A stretch of DNA of 32,000 nucleotides, taken from NCBI GenBank assembly GCA_025210235.1, contig JAOASG010000044.1, positions 193,075 to 225,074 of the forward strand, written 5' to 3'. The position numbers were made by a program, and so were the translations under genes. Source of the stretch: Vallitalea sp. GTDB lineage: Bacteria; Bacillota; Clostridia; Lachnospirales; Vallitaleaceae. Positions 8,035 to 19,641 of the stretch are shown piece by piece; position 1 is the first letter of the stretch, and every line of letters begins with the position of its first letter. Below the pieces are notes generated by a model. That model saw only the letters and a program-made list of their open reading frames with translations, did not search any database and had not been told where the DNA came from.

Positions 8035-8699
8035 TACTTACTCCCATCATCAAAAACTTCTCTAAAATCTTTAACTCTTTTATTAATATCATTACAATTA
8101 AAAACTGCTGAACCTGCTACAATTACATTCGCACCAGCATCTACTATTGTTTTTACATTATCAAGACAAACTCCACCATCTACTTCAATATCACATTTTA
8201 ATCCTCTACCACAGATTATATCTTTTAATGTACTTATTTTATTCAAAGAAGATTTAATAAATTTTTGTCCTCCAAAACCTGGGTTAACAGACATAATAAG
8301 TACCATATCTAAATCTTCTAACACATATTCTAATGTACTAATAGGTGTCGCTGGATTTAAAGATACCCCTGCTTTTAATCCATAACTTTTTATTAGGGAT
8401 ACAGTCCTGTGTAAATGCTTACAAGCTTCTGCATGAACAGTTATAATATCTGCTCCTGCATTTTTAAAATCTTCAATATATCTACTTGGCTCTTCTACCA
8501 TTAGATGTACATCAAATACTTTATCTGTATAATCTCTAATACTTTTAATGATCGGAACTCCAAATGATATATTTGGTACAAAGGAACCATCCATAACATC
8601 TATGTGTATATAATCACAACCAGCTTCATCAATTTTTTTAATATCTTGCCCTAAATTAGCAAAATCTGCTGATAATATTGAAGGTGCTAATTTTACCAT
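8034..8699 (-). CDS. rpe: ribulose-phosphate 3-epimerase
   Basis: 221 aa. [25 protein letters not shown] motifs. Confidence 0.95.
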   Translation of the reverse strand: MVKLAPSILSADFANLGQDIKKIDEAGCDYIHIDVMDGSFVPNISFGVPIIKSIRDYTDKVFDVHLMVEEPSRYIEDFKNAGADIITVHAEACKHLHRTVSLIKSYGLKAGVSLNPATPISTLEYVLEDLDMVLIMSVNPGFGGQKFIKSSLNKISTLKDIICGRGLKCDIEVDGGVCLDNVKTIVDAGANVIVAGSAVFNCNDINKRVKDFREVFDDGSK

Positions 8700-8700
8700 T

Positions 8701-9579
8701 TTACCATCTCCTTATATCTTTTAATTCATTGTATAATAATGTATAGCTATCATATCTTGATTTACTTATTTCTCCCTTTTCTAATGCGTCTTTAACAGCA
8801 CAGTTTGGTTCACTAATATGATTACATCCATAGAACTTACACTTATCTTTATATCTTTCAAATTCTATAAAATAATTTTTTAAATCATCTTTTTCAATAT
8901 CATTAATATCTAATGAACTAAACCCAGGGGTATCTACAACATAACTATATTTATCAAAAGCAAGCAAAGTAGCATATCTAGTTGTATGTTTACCTCTTTT
9001 AATTTTTTGACTTATTTCACCTGTTTCTAAATCTTCAACTTTTTGTACTAAATTAAGTATCGATGATTTCCCTACTCCAGATGGTCCTGCAAAAACAGTT
9101 GTATTATTAATTAATATATCTTTTAGTGGTGAAATTCCTATATCTCCAATAGCACTTGTTAAAAGAACATTATATCCAGCACTTATATATATTTTTTTAA
9201 TCTCTTCTGCTTCTTGCTTTGATACTGTATCTACTTTATTAAAACAAATAACTACATGAATATTTTGTCGTTCAGCCATAATTAAAAATTTATCTAACAG
9301 GTTAAAATTAGGTTTTGGATTATCTAAAGCAAAAACTATAACTGCTTGGTCTATATTTGAAACTGTTGGTCTTACAAGACTATTCTTCCTAGGTAATACT
9401 TCTAATATATTACCTTTTAATTCTTCGTTTTCAAGTACATCTATTTCTACATTATCACCAATAAGAGGTTTAATTTTTTTATTTCTAAAAACACCCCTTG
9501 CTTTACATTCAAACACTCCCTTATTGGGAACATGAATATAGTAAAACCCAGCAATTCCTTTAATGATTTTACCTGTCAT
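8701..9579 (-). CDS. rsgA: ribosome small subunit-dependent GTPase A
   Basis: 292 aa. Circularly permuted GTPase (NKVD ... GPSGVGKSS) and C-terminal Cys zinc knuckle. Confidence 0.93.
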   Translation of the reverse strand: MTGKIIKGIAGFYYIHVPNKGVFECKARGVFRNKKIKPLIGDNVEIDVLENEELKGNILEVLPRKNSLVRPTVSNIDQAVIVFALDNPKPNFNLLDKFLIMAERQNIHVVICFNKVDTVSKQEAEEIKKIYISAGYNVLLTSAIGDIGISPLKDILINNTTVFAGPSGVGKSSILNLVQKVEDLETGEISQKIKRGKHTTRYATLLAFDKYSYVVDTPGFSSLDINDIEKDDLKNYFIEFERYKDKCKFYGCNHISEPNCAVKDALEKGEISKSRYDSYTLLYNELKDIRRW

Positions 9580-11492
9580 TAATTAGCCTCCTCTTTAAAT
9601 ACAAAGGGTTGTTCATATTGAAATACGTCATCAAGGTATGTCTTAATAATAGCGTCTCCTTCTCCATATACAGTAATAGTTAATGGGAAATCTTCAAATT
9701 TAACTAATTTATTAAATACAACATTTTCTTTACCCTTATTAACTAGAATAATTTTTACTTTCCCCTCAGTTTGATCAATATTTAACATATCATGAATTAT
9801 AACCGTTTGTGTAAGAACAACTTTTTTCCCTAAACTTATAGCAACATCAATAACATAATTCTCTTTTACTTCTTCACCTTGTTCTACTGTTTGGCTTATA
9901 ACTTGCCCTTTAGGCACTGAGTCATGATAAATTGTTGTTACATGACCTAATACAAGATTTTTTTCTAATAATTTATTAGTTGCTTGTTGCTTAGTTAGTC
10001 CTTTTAAATTTGGTACTTCCACTGTTTTATCTTTTTTACCTTCGCTTACAACTATAGTAACGACTCCATCTTTCTTTAACTGGGTTCCAGTATCTGGGCT
10101 ATGTCTTATTACATTGCCAAGTGGTATTATATCATGATATTCTCTTTCAATCTTATAAGTTAAACCAGCTTCTGTTATATATTTTTGTGCAAATGTAAAT
10201 CTCATATTGTCAACATCAGGTACAGGAAACATTTGTATTCCTTTACTTACAGTTAGTTTAACTACTTGATCATCTTCAGCAACAGTATTTTCTTTAGGTT
10301 CTTGATTAATTATTTGGTTCTTATCATATTTATTATCATAAACCTCTTCAACTACCTCAAATTCTATCTTTTTGTCATCAAATATATCTTGGGCTTCTGA
10401 TAACAATTTCCCCTCAACATTAGGTATAATTGTTTGTGGTTTTGGTTTAAATTTATCTTTTAGACTATTAAATACGAAGAAAGCTATTATTGATACAAGT
10501 ATTATAGCTGATACTATTCCTAATGCTACAACTATTTTTTCTATTAGTGGTTTTTTATTTGTATCAGTAACTATTTCTTTTTCATTCCATATTTTTTCCA
10601 TATCATTATCTGACATAAAAAGAGTTGGAGAATCATCTATCTCTTTTATATTTACAAAATCATCGTCTGGAGATACGTTTGCTTTTTTCAAATCCTCCAT
10701 CAATTCATGTGCGCTTGAATATCTAAATTCAGCTTTTTTGAGCGTTGCTTTTATTATTATAGATTCCAAACATTTTGTTATGTCAGGATTTTTGTCTCTT
10801 GGGCTTGGTAAATCTTCATGAATATGAAGAAGCGCAACTGAAACTGGGCTATCACCTTGATAAGGCAATGTACCGGTAGCCATTTCATACATAGTTATAC
10901 CAAGTGAATATAAATCACTCTTTTCATCACTAAAGCCACCCCTTGCTTGTTCAGGAGAGATATAATGTACAGAACCACTTGCATTAGTTGGAGCAACTAT
11001 AGTTTTATCTGTAGCTACTCTTGCAATACCAAAATCTGCTACTTTAGCAATTCCATCTTTTGTAATAATAATATTTTGAGGCTTAATATCCCTATGTATA
11101 ATATGATTATCATGGGCATGTTCCAATGCAGAAGCAATAGACGCAGTAATTCTAATAGTCTCAGCGTCAGATAAAGGGGCATTATTTTTTATATATTCCT
11201 TTAGAGTTACTCCTTGTAAATACTCCATAACTATATAATAAATTTTTCTATCACTACCTACATCATATATATTAACAATATTTTGATGTGATAAACTCGC
11301 TGCTGATTGAGCTTCTATTTTAAATTTTTTTACAAAGTCATCGTCTGAACAAAATTCATCTCTAAGTACTTTTACTGCAACATATCTCTCAAGTTTATTA
11401 CATTTAGCTTTATATACAATAGACATCCCACCTGAACCAATTTTTTCAATAATCTCATATCTATTACTTAAAACTACTCCTGGCTGTAACAT
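9579..11492 (-). CDS. prkC: Ser/Thr protein kinase with PASTA repeats (PrkC/PknB)
   Basis: 637 aa. Hanks kinase motifs (GSGGMSIVYKA, HRDIKPQN, DFG), one TM segment, three PASTA-like repeats. GAGGTGA RBS. Confidence 0.93.
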   Translation of the reverse strand: MLQPGVVLSNRYEIIEKIGSGGMSIVYKAKCNKLERYVAVKVLRDEFCSDDDFVKKFKIEAQSAASLSHQNIVNIYDVGSDRKIYYIVMEYLQGVTLKEYIKNNAPLSDAETIRITASIASALEHAHDNHIIHRDIKPQNIIITKDGIAKVADFGIARVATDKTIVAPTNASGSVHYISPEQARGGFSDEKSDLYSLGITMYEMATGTLPYQGDSPVSVALLHIHEDLPSPRDKNPDITKCLESIIIKATLKKAEFRYSSAHELMEDLKKANVSPDDDFVNIKEIDDSPTLFMSDNDMEKIWNEKEIVTDTNKKPLIEKIVVALGIVSAIILVSIIAFFVFNSLKDKFKPKPQTIIPNVEGKLLSEAQDIFDDKKIEFEVVEEVYDNKYDKNQIINQEPKENTVAEDDQVVKLTVSKGIQMFPVPDVDNMRFTFAQKYITEAGLTYKIEREYHDIIPLGNVIRHSPDTGTQLKKDGVVTIVVSEGKKDKTVEVPNLKGLTKQQATNKLLEKNLVLGHVTTIYHDSVPKGQVISQTVEQGEEVKENYVIDVAISLGKKVVLTQTVIIHDMLNIDQTEGKVKIILVNKGKENVVFNKLVKFEDFPLTITVYGEGDAIIKTYLDDVFQYEQPFVFKEEAN

Positions 11493-11503
11493 TAAATATC
11501 ACC

Positions 11504-12226
11504 TCATTCCCCGTTTATTAATACCGTTGCTATATTATCAGTCCCACCATTATTAAGAGCAAGAGTAATTAATTCATCTAGTTTATCTTCTTGTTTTTTA
11601 TTAGAACCAACTACATTAAGAATTGTTTCATCTTCAAGCATATTAGTTAATCCATCTGAACACATTAGAATATATTCTTTTTCTGTAATATTTAAAGTAA
11701 ATATATCACATTCAATACTTTCATCTACACCAACTGCTCTAGTAATTATATTTTTATTTGGATGATTCTTTCCTTCTAATCTCGTAAGTTTTCCAGTACT
11801 AATCATTTCTTCAACCAAAGAATGATCTATCGTAATTTGTTTTATAGTATCATTTATTAAGTATAATCTACTGTCCCCAACATTAGCCACATACAATTTA
11901 TCATTCTCAATTGAGCATACTATAAAAGTAGTACCCATTCCAGAATAAGCTTCATCTGTTACTGATTTATTATAAATAAATTTATTTATGTAATTAATTC
12001 CATTGATAAAAGCATTAGATATATAGCTATCATTATTTGCCTCTATATATTTAACAAATTCTTCAACAGCACACATTGAAGCATATTCTCCAGCTTTGTG
12101 ACCTCCCATTCCATCTGCAATAATATATAGATTAGGAAGGCTTCCAATTTTATCATTAGAAATGTAAAAACTATCCTGATTAATATCTCTTATTTTCCCT
12201 ATATGGGTTTTTCCAATAGCTTTCAT
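11504..12226 (-). CDS. prpC: PP2C-family Ser/Thr phosphatase (Stp/PrpC)
   Basis: 240 aa. DGMGGH and GGTDNIT-like motifs. Paired with prkC. Confidence 0.92.
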   Translation of the reverse strand: MKAIGKTHIGKIRDINQDSFYISNDKIGSLPNLYIIADGMGGHKAGEYASMCAVEEFVKYIEANNDSYISNAFINGINYINKFIYNKSVTDEAYSGMGTTFIVCSIENDKLYVANVGDSRLYLINDTIKQITIDHSLVEEMISTGKLTRLEGKNHPNKNIITRAVGVDESIECDIFTLNITEKEYILMCSDGLTNMLEDETILNVVGSNKKQEDKLDELITLALNNGGTDNIATVLINGE

Positions 12227-12256
12227 ATAACCTCCTATAATTAAGTAATTGCGATA

Positions 12257-13291
12257 CTATTTTTTATTATATGTCCTTCTAAGTTGACCACATGCTGCAT
12301 TTATATCTCCACCTAATTCACGTCTAATAGTAGTAGTAATCTTGTTATTTTCCAACACATCTCTAAATCTATAAATAGAATCCTTATTGCTATGTCTATA
12401 ATTTCTTTCACTTATCTCATTAACAGGTATTAAATTTACGTGGCACAACATCCCTTTTAAAACCTTTGATAATTCTAAAGCACATTCTTTTGAATCATTT
12501 ACTCCTCTAACTAAACTATATTCAAATGTTATTCTTCTTTTCGTTTTATCTATATAATCCTTACAAGCATTTATTAATTGCTCATAATCATAAATATTTG
12601 CTACAGGCATTAGAGTCTTTCTAATAGTATTATTAGGAGCATGTAAAGATATTGCTAGTGTAATTTGTAGATTTTCTTCCGCCAATTCATATATTTTATC
12701 TATTATACCACAAGTTGATACAGTTATGTTTCTTGCACCAATATTCATTCCTTCTTTTGAATTAATTATTTCAATAAATTTTATTAAAACATTATAATTA
12801 TCCAGTGGCTCACCAGTTCCCATAACAACTATATTTGATATTTTTTTACCACTTAATCTATTTATTTCATATACTTGTCCTAACATTTCAGATACTAAAA
12901 GCTGTCGTTCTAGTCCACCAATTGTTGAAGCACAAAATTTACATCCCATTCTACATCCAACTTGAGAAGATATACAAACTGAATTACCATGCTTATAAGA
13001 CATTAAAACACTTTCAACAACATTATGATCATTTAATTCAAATAAATATTTAATAGTACCATCTTTTGACTTAACTTGCCTAATTTTATTAAGCTTAGTT
13101 ATATTACATTTTTCTTCTAATTTATCTTGTAAAACCTTAGGTAAATTTGTCATTTCATTAAAAGAACAAACTCTTTTTTCATGTAACCATTGATATATTT
13201 GCTTAGATCTAAATTTCTTCTCATCGATACTTAACATTAAATCTGATAATTCTTCTATAGTCATTGATAAAATATCAATCTTATTATTCAT
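12257..13291 (-). CDS. rlmN: 23S rRNA/tRNA adenine-C2 methyltransferase, radical SAM
   Basis: 344 aa. CRMGCKFC radical-SAM cluster motif. RlmN-like N- and C-termini. Confidence 0.93.
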   Translation of the reverse strand: MNNKIDILSMTIEELSDLMLSIDEKKFRSKQIYQWLHEKRVCSFNEMTNLPKVLQDKLEEKCNITKLNKIRQVKSKDGTIKYLFELNDHNVVESVLMSYKHGNSVCISSQVGCRMGCKFCASTIGGLERQLLVSEMLGQVYEINRLSGKKISNIVVMGTGEPLDNYNVLIKFIEIINSKEGMNIGARNITVSTCGIIDKIYELAEENLQITLAISLHAPNNTIRKTLMPVANIYDYEQLINACKDYIDKTKRRITFEYSLVRGVNDSKECALELSKVLKGMLCHVNLIPVNEISERNYRHSNKDSIYRFRDVLENNKITTTIRRELGGDINAACGQLRRTYNKK

Positions 13292-13328
13292 AGTATAGTT
13301 CCTTCCGTGTGCCTCACTTTAAACAACT

Positions 13329-14705
13329 TTATATACCTACTCTTCTTAACTTGGCAATAAAAAATCCATCTGTATTATTAAATCCTGGTAATAACTGAAT
13401 ACATCCATTTATATCACTATTTAATTCATTTGGTAACTCTTCTCTAATATCTACAAGTTTAAATTCAGGATATTTATCAATAAACCACTTAATATTATCA
13501 ATATTTTCTTGAGGATTTATAGTACAGGTACTGTACATAAGTATACCATCCACTTTTACATATTGGTAAACTACATTTAATATATCTCTTTGAAGACTAA
13601 CTAAGCTATCAATATTTTCTTTAGTCATGTTATATTTAATATCTGGTTTTTTTCTTATAATTCCAAGTCCAGAACAAGGTACATCTGCAATAACTATATC
13701 TGCTTTTTCTTTTAATGATTTATCAAGATCTAATGCGCTATGTTTTTGTACTATAATATTGTTTAACTGTAGTCTTTTTACATTTTCCTTAATAAGATTT
13801 AATTTCTTTGTATATATATCTCTTGAATAAACACATCCTGTATTTTGTAATTTTTCAGCTACATGAGTAGTTTTTCCACCTGGTGCAGCGCACACGTCAA
13901 TAACTGTATCATTCTTTTGAACGCTTGCTAAATGACCTACTAACATTGAACTTTCATCTTGCACCGAAAATTTACCTTCTACAAACGACTGCAAACTCCT
14001 AATATTATCATAGTTTGATATTTTAAATGCATATTCAAATATATCACTATTTTCAACTTCTATATTATTTTTCTCAAGTTCTTTTCTTAAATCTAGTGTA
14101 TTTGTTTTAGTTAAATTACACCTTATATTTGTTTTGATTGTTTTATTACTATTTTCGCATATTTGCTTTACAGTTTCATAATCATATTGACTTAGCCACA
14201 TTTTAATAAGCCACTTTGGAAAAGAATATGTCACAGATAAAAATTCTATGGGATTAATTTTTTCATCTGGAAAAGTAATTAAGTGGACATTTCTTCCTAT
14301 ATTACGAAGAACACCATTAACAAATCCAGATAAATTATTAAATTTTCTTTTTTTTGTTAATTTTACTGCTTCATTGCAAATAGCTGACATTGGTACTTTG
14401 TCCATATATTTAATTTGATATACTGATAGTCTAAGTATAATTAAGATTGTATTTTTCATCTTACTAGTTTTTGTTTTGGAAAATTGATTAATAATATAAT
14501 CAATAGTTATCTGATTCTCTACTGTACCCTCAACTATTCTGGTAATAAACGCTCTATCTTTTTTTGACAAATAATTATGTTCATTTAAATATTTGTCTAT
14601 AGCTATATTCGTATATGCTTTATCTACAAAAATATTGTGTAAAATATTTAAAACCATATTTCTAGTATTTACTTTATTAGTCACGTTGTTATTTAAGTTA
14701 GTCAT
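13329..14705 (-). CDS. rsmB: 16S rRNA (cytosine967-C5)-methyltransferase
   Basis: ORF 13329..14720. NusB-like N-domain, then DVCAAPGGKT and DVPCSGLG methyltransferase motifs. ATG 14705 is preferred because a GGGGG purine run lies upstream, but 14720 is possible. Confidence 0.9.
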   Translation of the reverse strand: MTNLNNNVTNKVNTRNMVLNILHNIFVDKAYTNIAIDKYLNEHNYLSKKDRAFITRIVEGTVENQITIDYIINQFSKTKTSKMKNTILIILRLSVYQIKYMDKVPMSAICNEAVKLTKKRKFNNLSGFVNGVLRNIGRNVHLITFPDEKINPIEFLSVTYSFPKWLIKMWLSQYDYETVKQICENSNKTIKTNIRCNLTKTNTLDLRKELEKNNIEVENSDIFEYAFKISNYDNIRSLQSFVEGKFSVQDESSMLVGHLASVQKNDTVIDVCAAPGGKTTHVAEKLQNTGCVYSRDIYTKKLNLIKENVKRLQLNNIIVQKHSALDLDKSLKEKADIVIADVPCSGLGIIRKKPDIKYNMTKENIDSLVSLQRDILNVVYQYVKVDGILMYSTCTINPQENIDNIKWFIDKYPEFKLVDIREELPNELNSDINGCIQLLPGFNNTDGFFIAKLRRVGI

Positions 14706-14734
14706 AGCTACCCCCAACATCTTTTGTATTCAAT

Positions 14735-15442
14735 TTAATCATCTCTTCCTCCAAGAATCAAGAGTAATCTTAGTAAACTTGATATTGAAGATGCTGCAGC
14801 AGCTACATATGTAAGTCCTGCCGCTGATAAAACTTTTTTAGTTGGTACTATTTCATCATGAGAAAGATAACCTTCTCCTTCTAAAATGGCAATCGCACGA
14901 TTAGATGCATTAAATTCAACTGGTAAAGTAACTAATTGAAAAATTACCACAGCTGTAAATAAAATAATACCTATTTTTAAGAAAAATACACTTGCAATTA
15001 AGCCTATAAATATAATAGGGAATGCAAGTTTAGAAGAAATATTAACAACTGGATATATAGTATGTCTAAGTTTTAAAAAAGAATATCCAGTATTATGTTG
15101 AATAGCATGACCACATTCATGTGCTGCTACACCAATAGCAGCAATAGACTGATTATTATAAACTGCATCGGATAAATTTAAAACTTTTGTTTTTGGATTA
15201 TAATTATCAGTTAATTTTCCACTAATATGTTCTACTCTAACATCATATATACCAGCTCTTCTTAATATCATCTCTGCAATTTCTTTCCCAGTGTAACCTC
15301 TAGAATTTCTATATCCTGAATACTTTTTAAATGTTGATGATACTTTTGCCTGGGCATACATTGATAAAATCATTGCAGGAACTAATAAAATGATTGTGGG
15401 ATCATAAAATAAACCAAATCCGCCTATTGGCACATTTATCAT
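14735..15442 (-). CDS. membrane zinc metallopeptidase, YugP-like
   Basis: 235 aa. HECGHAIQH (HExxH) between hydrophobic segments. ATGA overlap with the fmt stop. Confidence 0.8.
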   Translation of the reverse strand: MINVPIGGFGLFYDPTIILLVPAMILSMYAQAKVSSTFKKYSGYRNSRGYTGKEIAEMILRRAGIYDVRVEHISGKLTDNYNPKTKVLNLSDAVYNNQSIAAIGVAAHECGHAIQHNTGYSFLKLRHTIYPVVNISSKLAFPIIFIGLIASVFFLKIGIILFTAVVIFQLVTLPVEFNASNRAIAILEGEGYLSHDEIVPTKKVLSAAGLTYVAAAASSISSLLRLLLILGGRDD

Positions 15443-16374
15443 CTCCTTCCTAAAACTTCTCCAATCTCTAAATTATGCCCTCTTAAAAAAGCATCTGCTG
15501 TCATTCTTTTCTTTCCTTGTAATTGTACTTCTTTAAGTAAAAGACTGTTATTTTTGCATTTTATTACAAATCCATCTTTTAATATATCAACTATTTCACC
15601 TGAATTTCCTTTATATTTATCTTCTATTACAGTAGCTGACCAGATTTTTAATATTTTATTTTGTAAGTAAGTGTATGCACTAGGCCAAGGATTAAGCCCT
15701 CTAACTAATAATTCTATTTCTCTAGCTTCTTTGTCCCAATCAATATTCCCCATACTTTTTTCTAACATTGGAGCATATGTTGACTTTTCTGAATCTTGTT
15801 TTTCTCTAACAATATTATTATTTTGCACTTCTTTAAGAGTTTTAATCAATAATTTTGCTCCAACAACGGATAATTTATCATGCAATGAACCACCTGTATC
15901 TGTATCTTCAATTTTAACTGTTTCTTTTAATAACATATCCCCAGTATCTAACCCAACATCCATAAACATTGTAGTTATACCAGTTTCACTTTCTCCGTTT
16001 ATAAGAGACCATTGAATAGGTCCAGCTCCTCTATATTTTGGAAGTAGTGATGCATGAACATTGATACAACCATACTTAGGTAAATCTAATATTCTTTTAG
16101 GTAATATTTTACCAAAGGCTATAACAACTATTACATCTGGATTTATTTCTTCCATATTGGCCACAAAATCTTCTTCACTTAATTTTTGTGGTTGATATAC
16201 ATTAATATTGTTATTAATAGCTACTTCCTTTACAGGTGTAAATAATACTTTATTACCTCTTCCTTTTGGTTTATCCGGTTTCGTTACAACTGCAACAACT
16301 TCATGTTCTGAATCTATTAACTCCTGTAAAGTTGGAACAGAAAAATCAGGAGTTCCCATAAAAACTACTTTCAT
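15439..16374 (-). CDS. fmt: methionyl-tRNA formyltransferase
   Basis: 311 aa. MKVVFMGTPDF, HASLLPKYRGAGPI motifs. Confidence 0.95.
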   Translation of the reverse strand: MKVVFMGTPDFSVPTLQELIDSEHEVVAVVTKPDKPKGRGNKVLFTPVKEVAINNNINVYQPQKLSEEDFVANMEEINPDVIVVIAFGKILPKRILDLPKYGCINVHASLLPKYRGAGPIQWSLINGESETGITTMFMDVGLDTGDMLLKETVKIEDTDTGGSLHDKLSVVGAKLLIKTLKEVQNNNIVREKQDSEKSTYAPMLEKSMGNIDWDKEAREIELLVRGLNPWPSAYTYLQNKILKIWSATVIEDKYKGNSGEIVDILKDGFVIKCKNNSLLLKEVQLQGKKRMTADAFLRGHNLEIGEVLGRR

Positions 16375-16390
16375 TTATTCTCGCCCTCTC

Positions 16391-16843
16391 TTAATCTTCG
16401 CTTATTTCTTCTGCTATATCTATAAATAGTTTTCCATCAAGATGGTCTGTTTCATGACATAAAGCTACAGCTAATAATTCTGTTCCTTCAACAACTATTT
16501 CTTCACCATCTAGATTAAGTGCTTGTGCTTTAACATAAGATGGTCGTTTAACATTACCCACTTTACCTGGAATACTTAAACATCCTTCAGGATTTATTTG
16601 TTCACCTTTTACTTCATCAATCTTTGGATTAATTAATACTATAGGACCTTCACCTACATCAATAACTACCAGTCGTTTAAGTATACCTACTTGAGGGGCT
16701 GCTAACCCTACTCCATTTGCATCATACATTGTATCTAACATATCTTTTGCTAATATCTTTATATTCTTTGTTATCTTCGTAATTTCTCTGCACTTTTTCC
16801 TTAAAATTTCGTCGCCTTCAACTCTTATTTGTCTTAAAGCCAT
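16391..16843 (-). CDS. def: peptide deformylase
   Basis: 150 aa. [18 protein letters not shown] motifs. Confidence 0.95.
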   Translation of the reverse strand: MALRQIRVEGDEILRKKCREITKITKNIKILAKDMLDTMYDANGVGLAAPQVGILKRLVVIDVGEGPIVLINPKIDEVKGEQINPEGCLSIPGKVGNVKRPSYVKAQALNLDGEEIVVEGTELLAVALCHETDHLDGKLFIDIAEEISED

Positions 16844-16961
16844 TATAAATTCACTCCTCTTACATTTTTTGATAAGTAATGAAATTCTTCCAGTTGATTA
16901 TTTATTACAACATTAAAATCCTTAGTTTTTCAATTACTATTATATAATTAATAATAATTGG

Positions 16962-19193
16962 TTAATATGAGATTAACGGATTAATATCAATATGTATTGA
17001 GATATCTTTATATTTGCCTGTTAATCTTTCCATATATTTATTAACAAAATTTAATAACTGATTATATTTATTACCTTTTAATAAAATCACTCTTCTATAA
17101 GTATTGTTTATTTTTGATACATTAGCTGGTGAAGGTCCAATAACCTCAATATCTACTTTAGATAAAATATAACACAAATCTCTTTTAAGCATATATGAAC
17201 TTTCTATTAATTGTTTTTCGTTAGTTGATTGAAGTAACATCGTAAGCAAATTGGAAAATGGAGGATAATTCATTAGATGTCTATATTTTATTTCAGCTTC
17301 ATAAAACCCTTTATAATCTTGTTCTTTTGATTTTATTATACTATAGTGTTCGGGTGTATATGACTGTATTATCGCTGTTCCTTGCAAATTACCTCTTCCT
17401 GCTCTACCTGTAACTTGTGTTAGTAATTGAAAAGTCCTTTCTGAAGCTCTAAAATCACTCATATATAAAGATAAATCAGCTGCCAGCACTCCAACTAGTG
17501 TAACATTTGGAAAATCATGTCCCTTAGCAATCATTTGAGTTCCTATAAGAATATCTGCCTTGCCTTTTCTAAACATACCTAAAATAGTATCATAGCTATT
17601 TTTTTTAGTTGTAGTATCAAGGTCCATCCTAAGAACTTTTGCTGAAGGAAATTCTTTTTTAGTATATTCTTCTACTTTTTGAGTCCCAATACCAAATTGT
17701 TTAATATATTTAGAGTTACAAGATGGACATTTACTAACCATATTTATTGTTTTACCACAGTAGTGACATATAAGTTTATTTCCTTGTGCATGGTATGTAT
17801 ATGGAATATCGCAGTTATCACATTTGAGAACATGACCACATTGTCTACAAGATACAAACCTAGAATATCCTCTTCTATTTAGAAATAATATTATTTGTTC
17901 ATTATTATCAAGCTTTTTCTCAATTTCATCTTTTAATAATTTACTGAATATAGATTTATTACCATTTACTAATTCTTCACGCATATCTACAATTTCAACA
18001 TTAAGTTCGTTAGTAGTAGCTGCTTTTTCTTTTAACTCTAATAAAGTATAAACACCTTTTTTTGCTAGATAATAGCTTTCTAAGCATGGCGTAGCAGAAC
18101 CTAATATAACTGTTGCCCCAGTCATTTCTGCTCTTTTTATTGCAACTTCTTTGGCATGATATTTCGGTGATATTTCTGATTTATAAGTCATCTCATGCTC
18201 TTCATCTATAATAATTATACCAAGATTATTAAAAGGAGCAAATACAGCAGAACGAGGTCCTATCATAATAGAAATTTTACCTTCTTTAGCCATTCTCCAT
18301 GCATCATATCTTTCACCATTAGATAATCTACTATGCATAACACCTACTTTATCTCCAAATCTAGCTATAAATCGTTTAACTGTCTGAGGAGTTAAAGAAA
18401 TCTCAGGTATTAGAACAATAGCTTGCTTTCCTTCATCTAATACTTTTTGTATAATTTGTATATATATTTCGGTTTTTCCACTACCAGTTATACCATGAAC
18501 TAAAAAAACTTCATTATTGTTTCCTAAGTTTTTACTTATTCTATCAATTACTGTTTGTTGACTTTTATTAGGCAATTTATTATTTGTTTTTTTAATATTA
18601 TTTGCATTATAAGGATTTCTATATACTTGTTTTGATATAATTTTAATTAGTCCCTTTTTTTCTAAATTATTCAAAACAGAAGTTGATATATTGACATCCT
18701 TTAATATACTGCTTTGTTTACAACTTTTATTAATAAGTAAATAATTACCCGCTCTACTAAGACCACTATATTTTTTCTTATCCCATAACTTAATATAGCC
18801 TTGTAATTGTTTAGTATCAATATTTCTAATAATTTGTTTCTCGGTTTTATTGTTCATTTGTTTATTAACTGGTATTAGTGTTCTAAGTGCCGATAAAATT
18901 GTACATGCATATCTTTCTTTCATCCATATAGCTAAATTCATCAAATGAGTTTCAATAGTCATATTCATAGCTACTAAGCTATGTATTTCCTTAATTTTAT
19001 TTACATCAAAATCAGGTTCATCAGTAAAACCAACCACATATCCATTAATATTGTTAGTTCGTTTACCAAAAGGTATGCTAACAATCATTCCAATTTCAAT
19101 TTTATCTTTCAAGTCTTCTGGAATGCGATATTGAAATATTTTATCTAACTTTGAATGAGATATATCAACAATTATATTTGCAAATGTTTTCAT
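16962..19193 (-). CDS. priA: primosomal replication restart helicase PriA
   Basis: 743 aa. GITGSGKT Walker A, DEEH box, Cys-rich zinc-binding insert (CRQCGHVLKCDNCD...CHYCG...CPSC). Confidence 0.95.
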   Translation of the reverse strand: MKTFANIIVDISHSKLDKIFQYRIPEDLKDKIEIGMIVSIPFGKRTNNINGYVVGFTDEPDFDVNKIKEIHSLVAMNMTIETHLMNLAIWMKERYACTILSALRTLIPVNKQMNNKTEKQIIRNIDTKQLQGYIKLWDKKKYSGLSRAGNYLLINKSCKQSSILKDVNISTSVLNNLEKKGLIKIISKQVYRNPYNANNIKKTNNKLPNKSQQTVIDRISKNLGNNNEVFLVHGITGSGKTEIYIQIIQKVLDEGKQAIVLIPEISLTPQTVKRFIARFGDKVGVMHSRLSNGERYDAWRMAKEGKISIMIGPRSAVFAPFNNLGIIIIDEEHEMTYKSEISPKYHAKEVAIKRAEMTGATVILGSATPCLESYYLAKKGVYTLLELKEKAATTNELNVEIVDMREELVNGNKSIFSKLLKDEIEKKLDNNEQIILFLNRRGYSRFVSCRQCGHVLKCDNCDIPYTYHAQGNKLICHYCGKTINMVSKCPSCNSKYIKQFGIGTQKVEEYTKKEFPSAKVLRMDLDTTTKKNSYDTILGMFRKGKADILIGTQMIAKGHDFPNVTLVGVLAADLSLYMSDFRASERTFQLLTQVTGRAGRGNLQGTAIIQSYTPEHYSIIKSKEQDYKGFYEAEIKYRHLMNYPPFSNLLTMLLQSTNEKQLIESSYMLKRDLCYILSKVDIEVIGPSPANVSKINNTYRRVILLKGNKYNQLLNFVNKYMERLTGKYKDISIHIDINPLISY

Positions 19194-19385
19194 GATATCT
19201 TTCCTTTGTATGAACTAACACCTTTGATTAAACTACAAAGAGTATTGAATATAATTTTTTGTAGAATAACCATACCTTTATTTATCATTATATCATATGA
19301 ATAATTATATAACAATGTTGCAAAAATGCCCTATTATATCCTTAACTCTTGAATTTTATGTGCTTAATTATAACTTCCCTATACG

Positions 19386-19410
19386 ACAAAAAAGCGAGGG
19401 GAATCCCTCG
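19386..19410 (-). terminator. rho-independent terminator after rpoZ
   Basis: CGAGGG (19395-19400) pairs with CCCTCG (19405-19410) around a 4-nt loop, followed on the minus strand by T6. It starts directly after the rpoZ stop codon. Confidence 0.85.
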
Positions 19411-19641
19411 TTAATTGTTTGATGTAATATCAATTTTTCCTTCATATAACTCATTTACTGCATTAGATAGAGGTTTTGTATATCTTCCGTTTTCAAGAAG
19501 AATTTCGTCTCCTCCTATAATTTCTCTAGCTCTTTTTGATGATGCAATAACAATAGAATACCTACTTTTTAATTTTTCTTCATCATCACTCATTCTATTA
19601 TTTATTGTTTTCATTAAATCTGAATAAGATGGGTGTAACAT
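19411..19641 (-). CDS. rpoZ: DNA-directed RNA polymerase subunit omega
   Basis: 76 aa. SRYSIVIASSKRAREI motif. Directly follows gmk. AAGGAGAG RBS. Confidence 0.9.
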   Translation of the reverse strand: MLHPSYSDLMKTINNRMSDDEEKLKSRYSIVIASSKRAREIIGGDEILLENGRYTKPLSNAVNELYEGKIDITSNN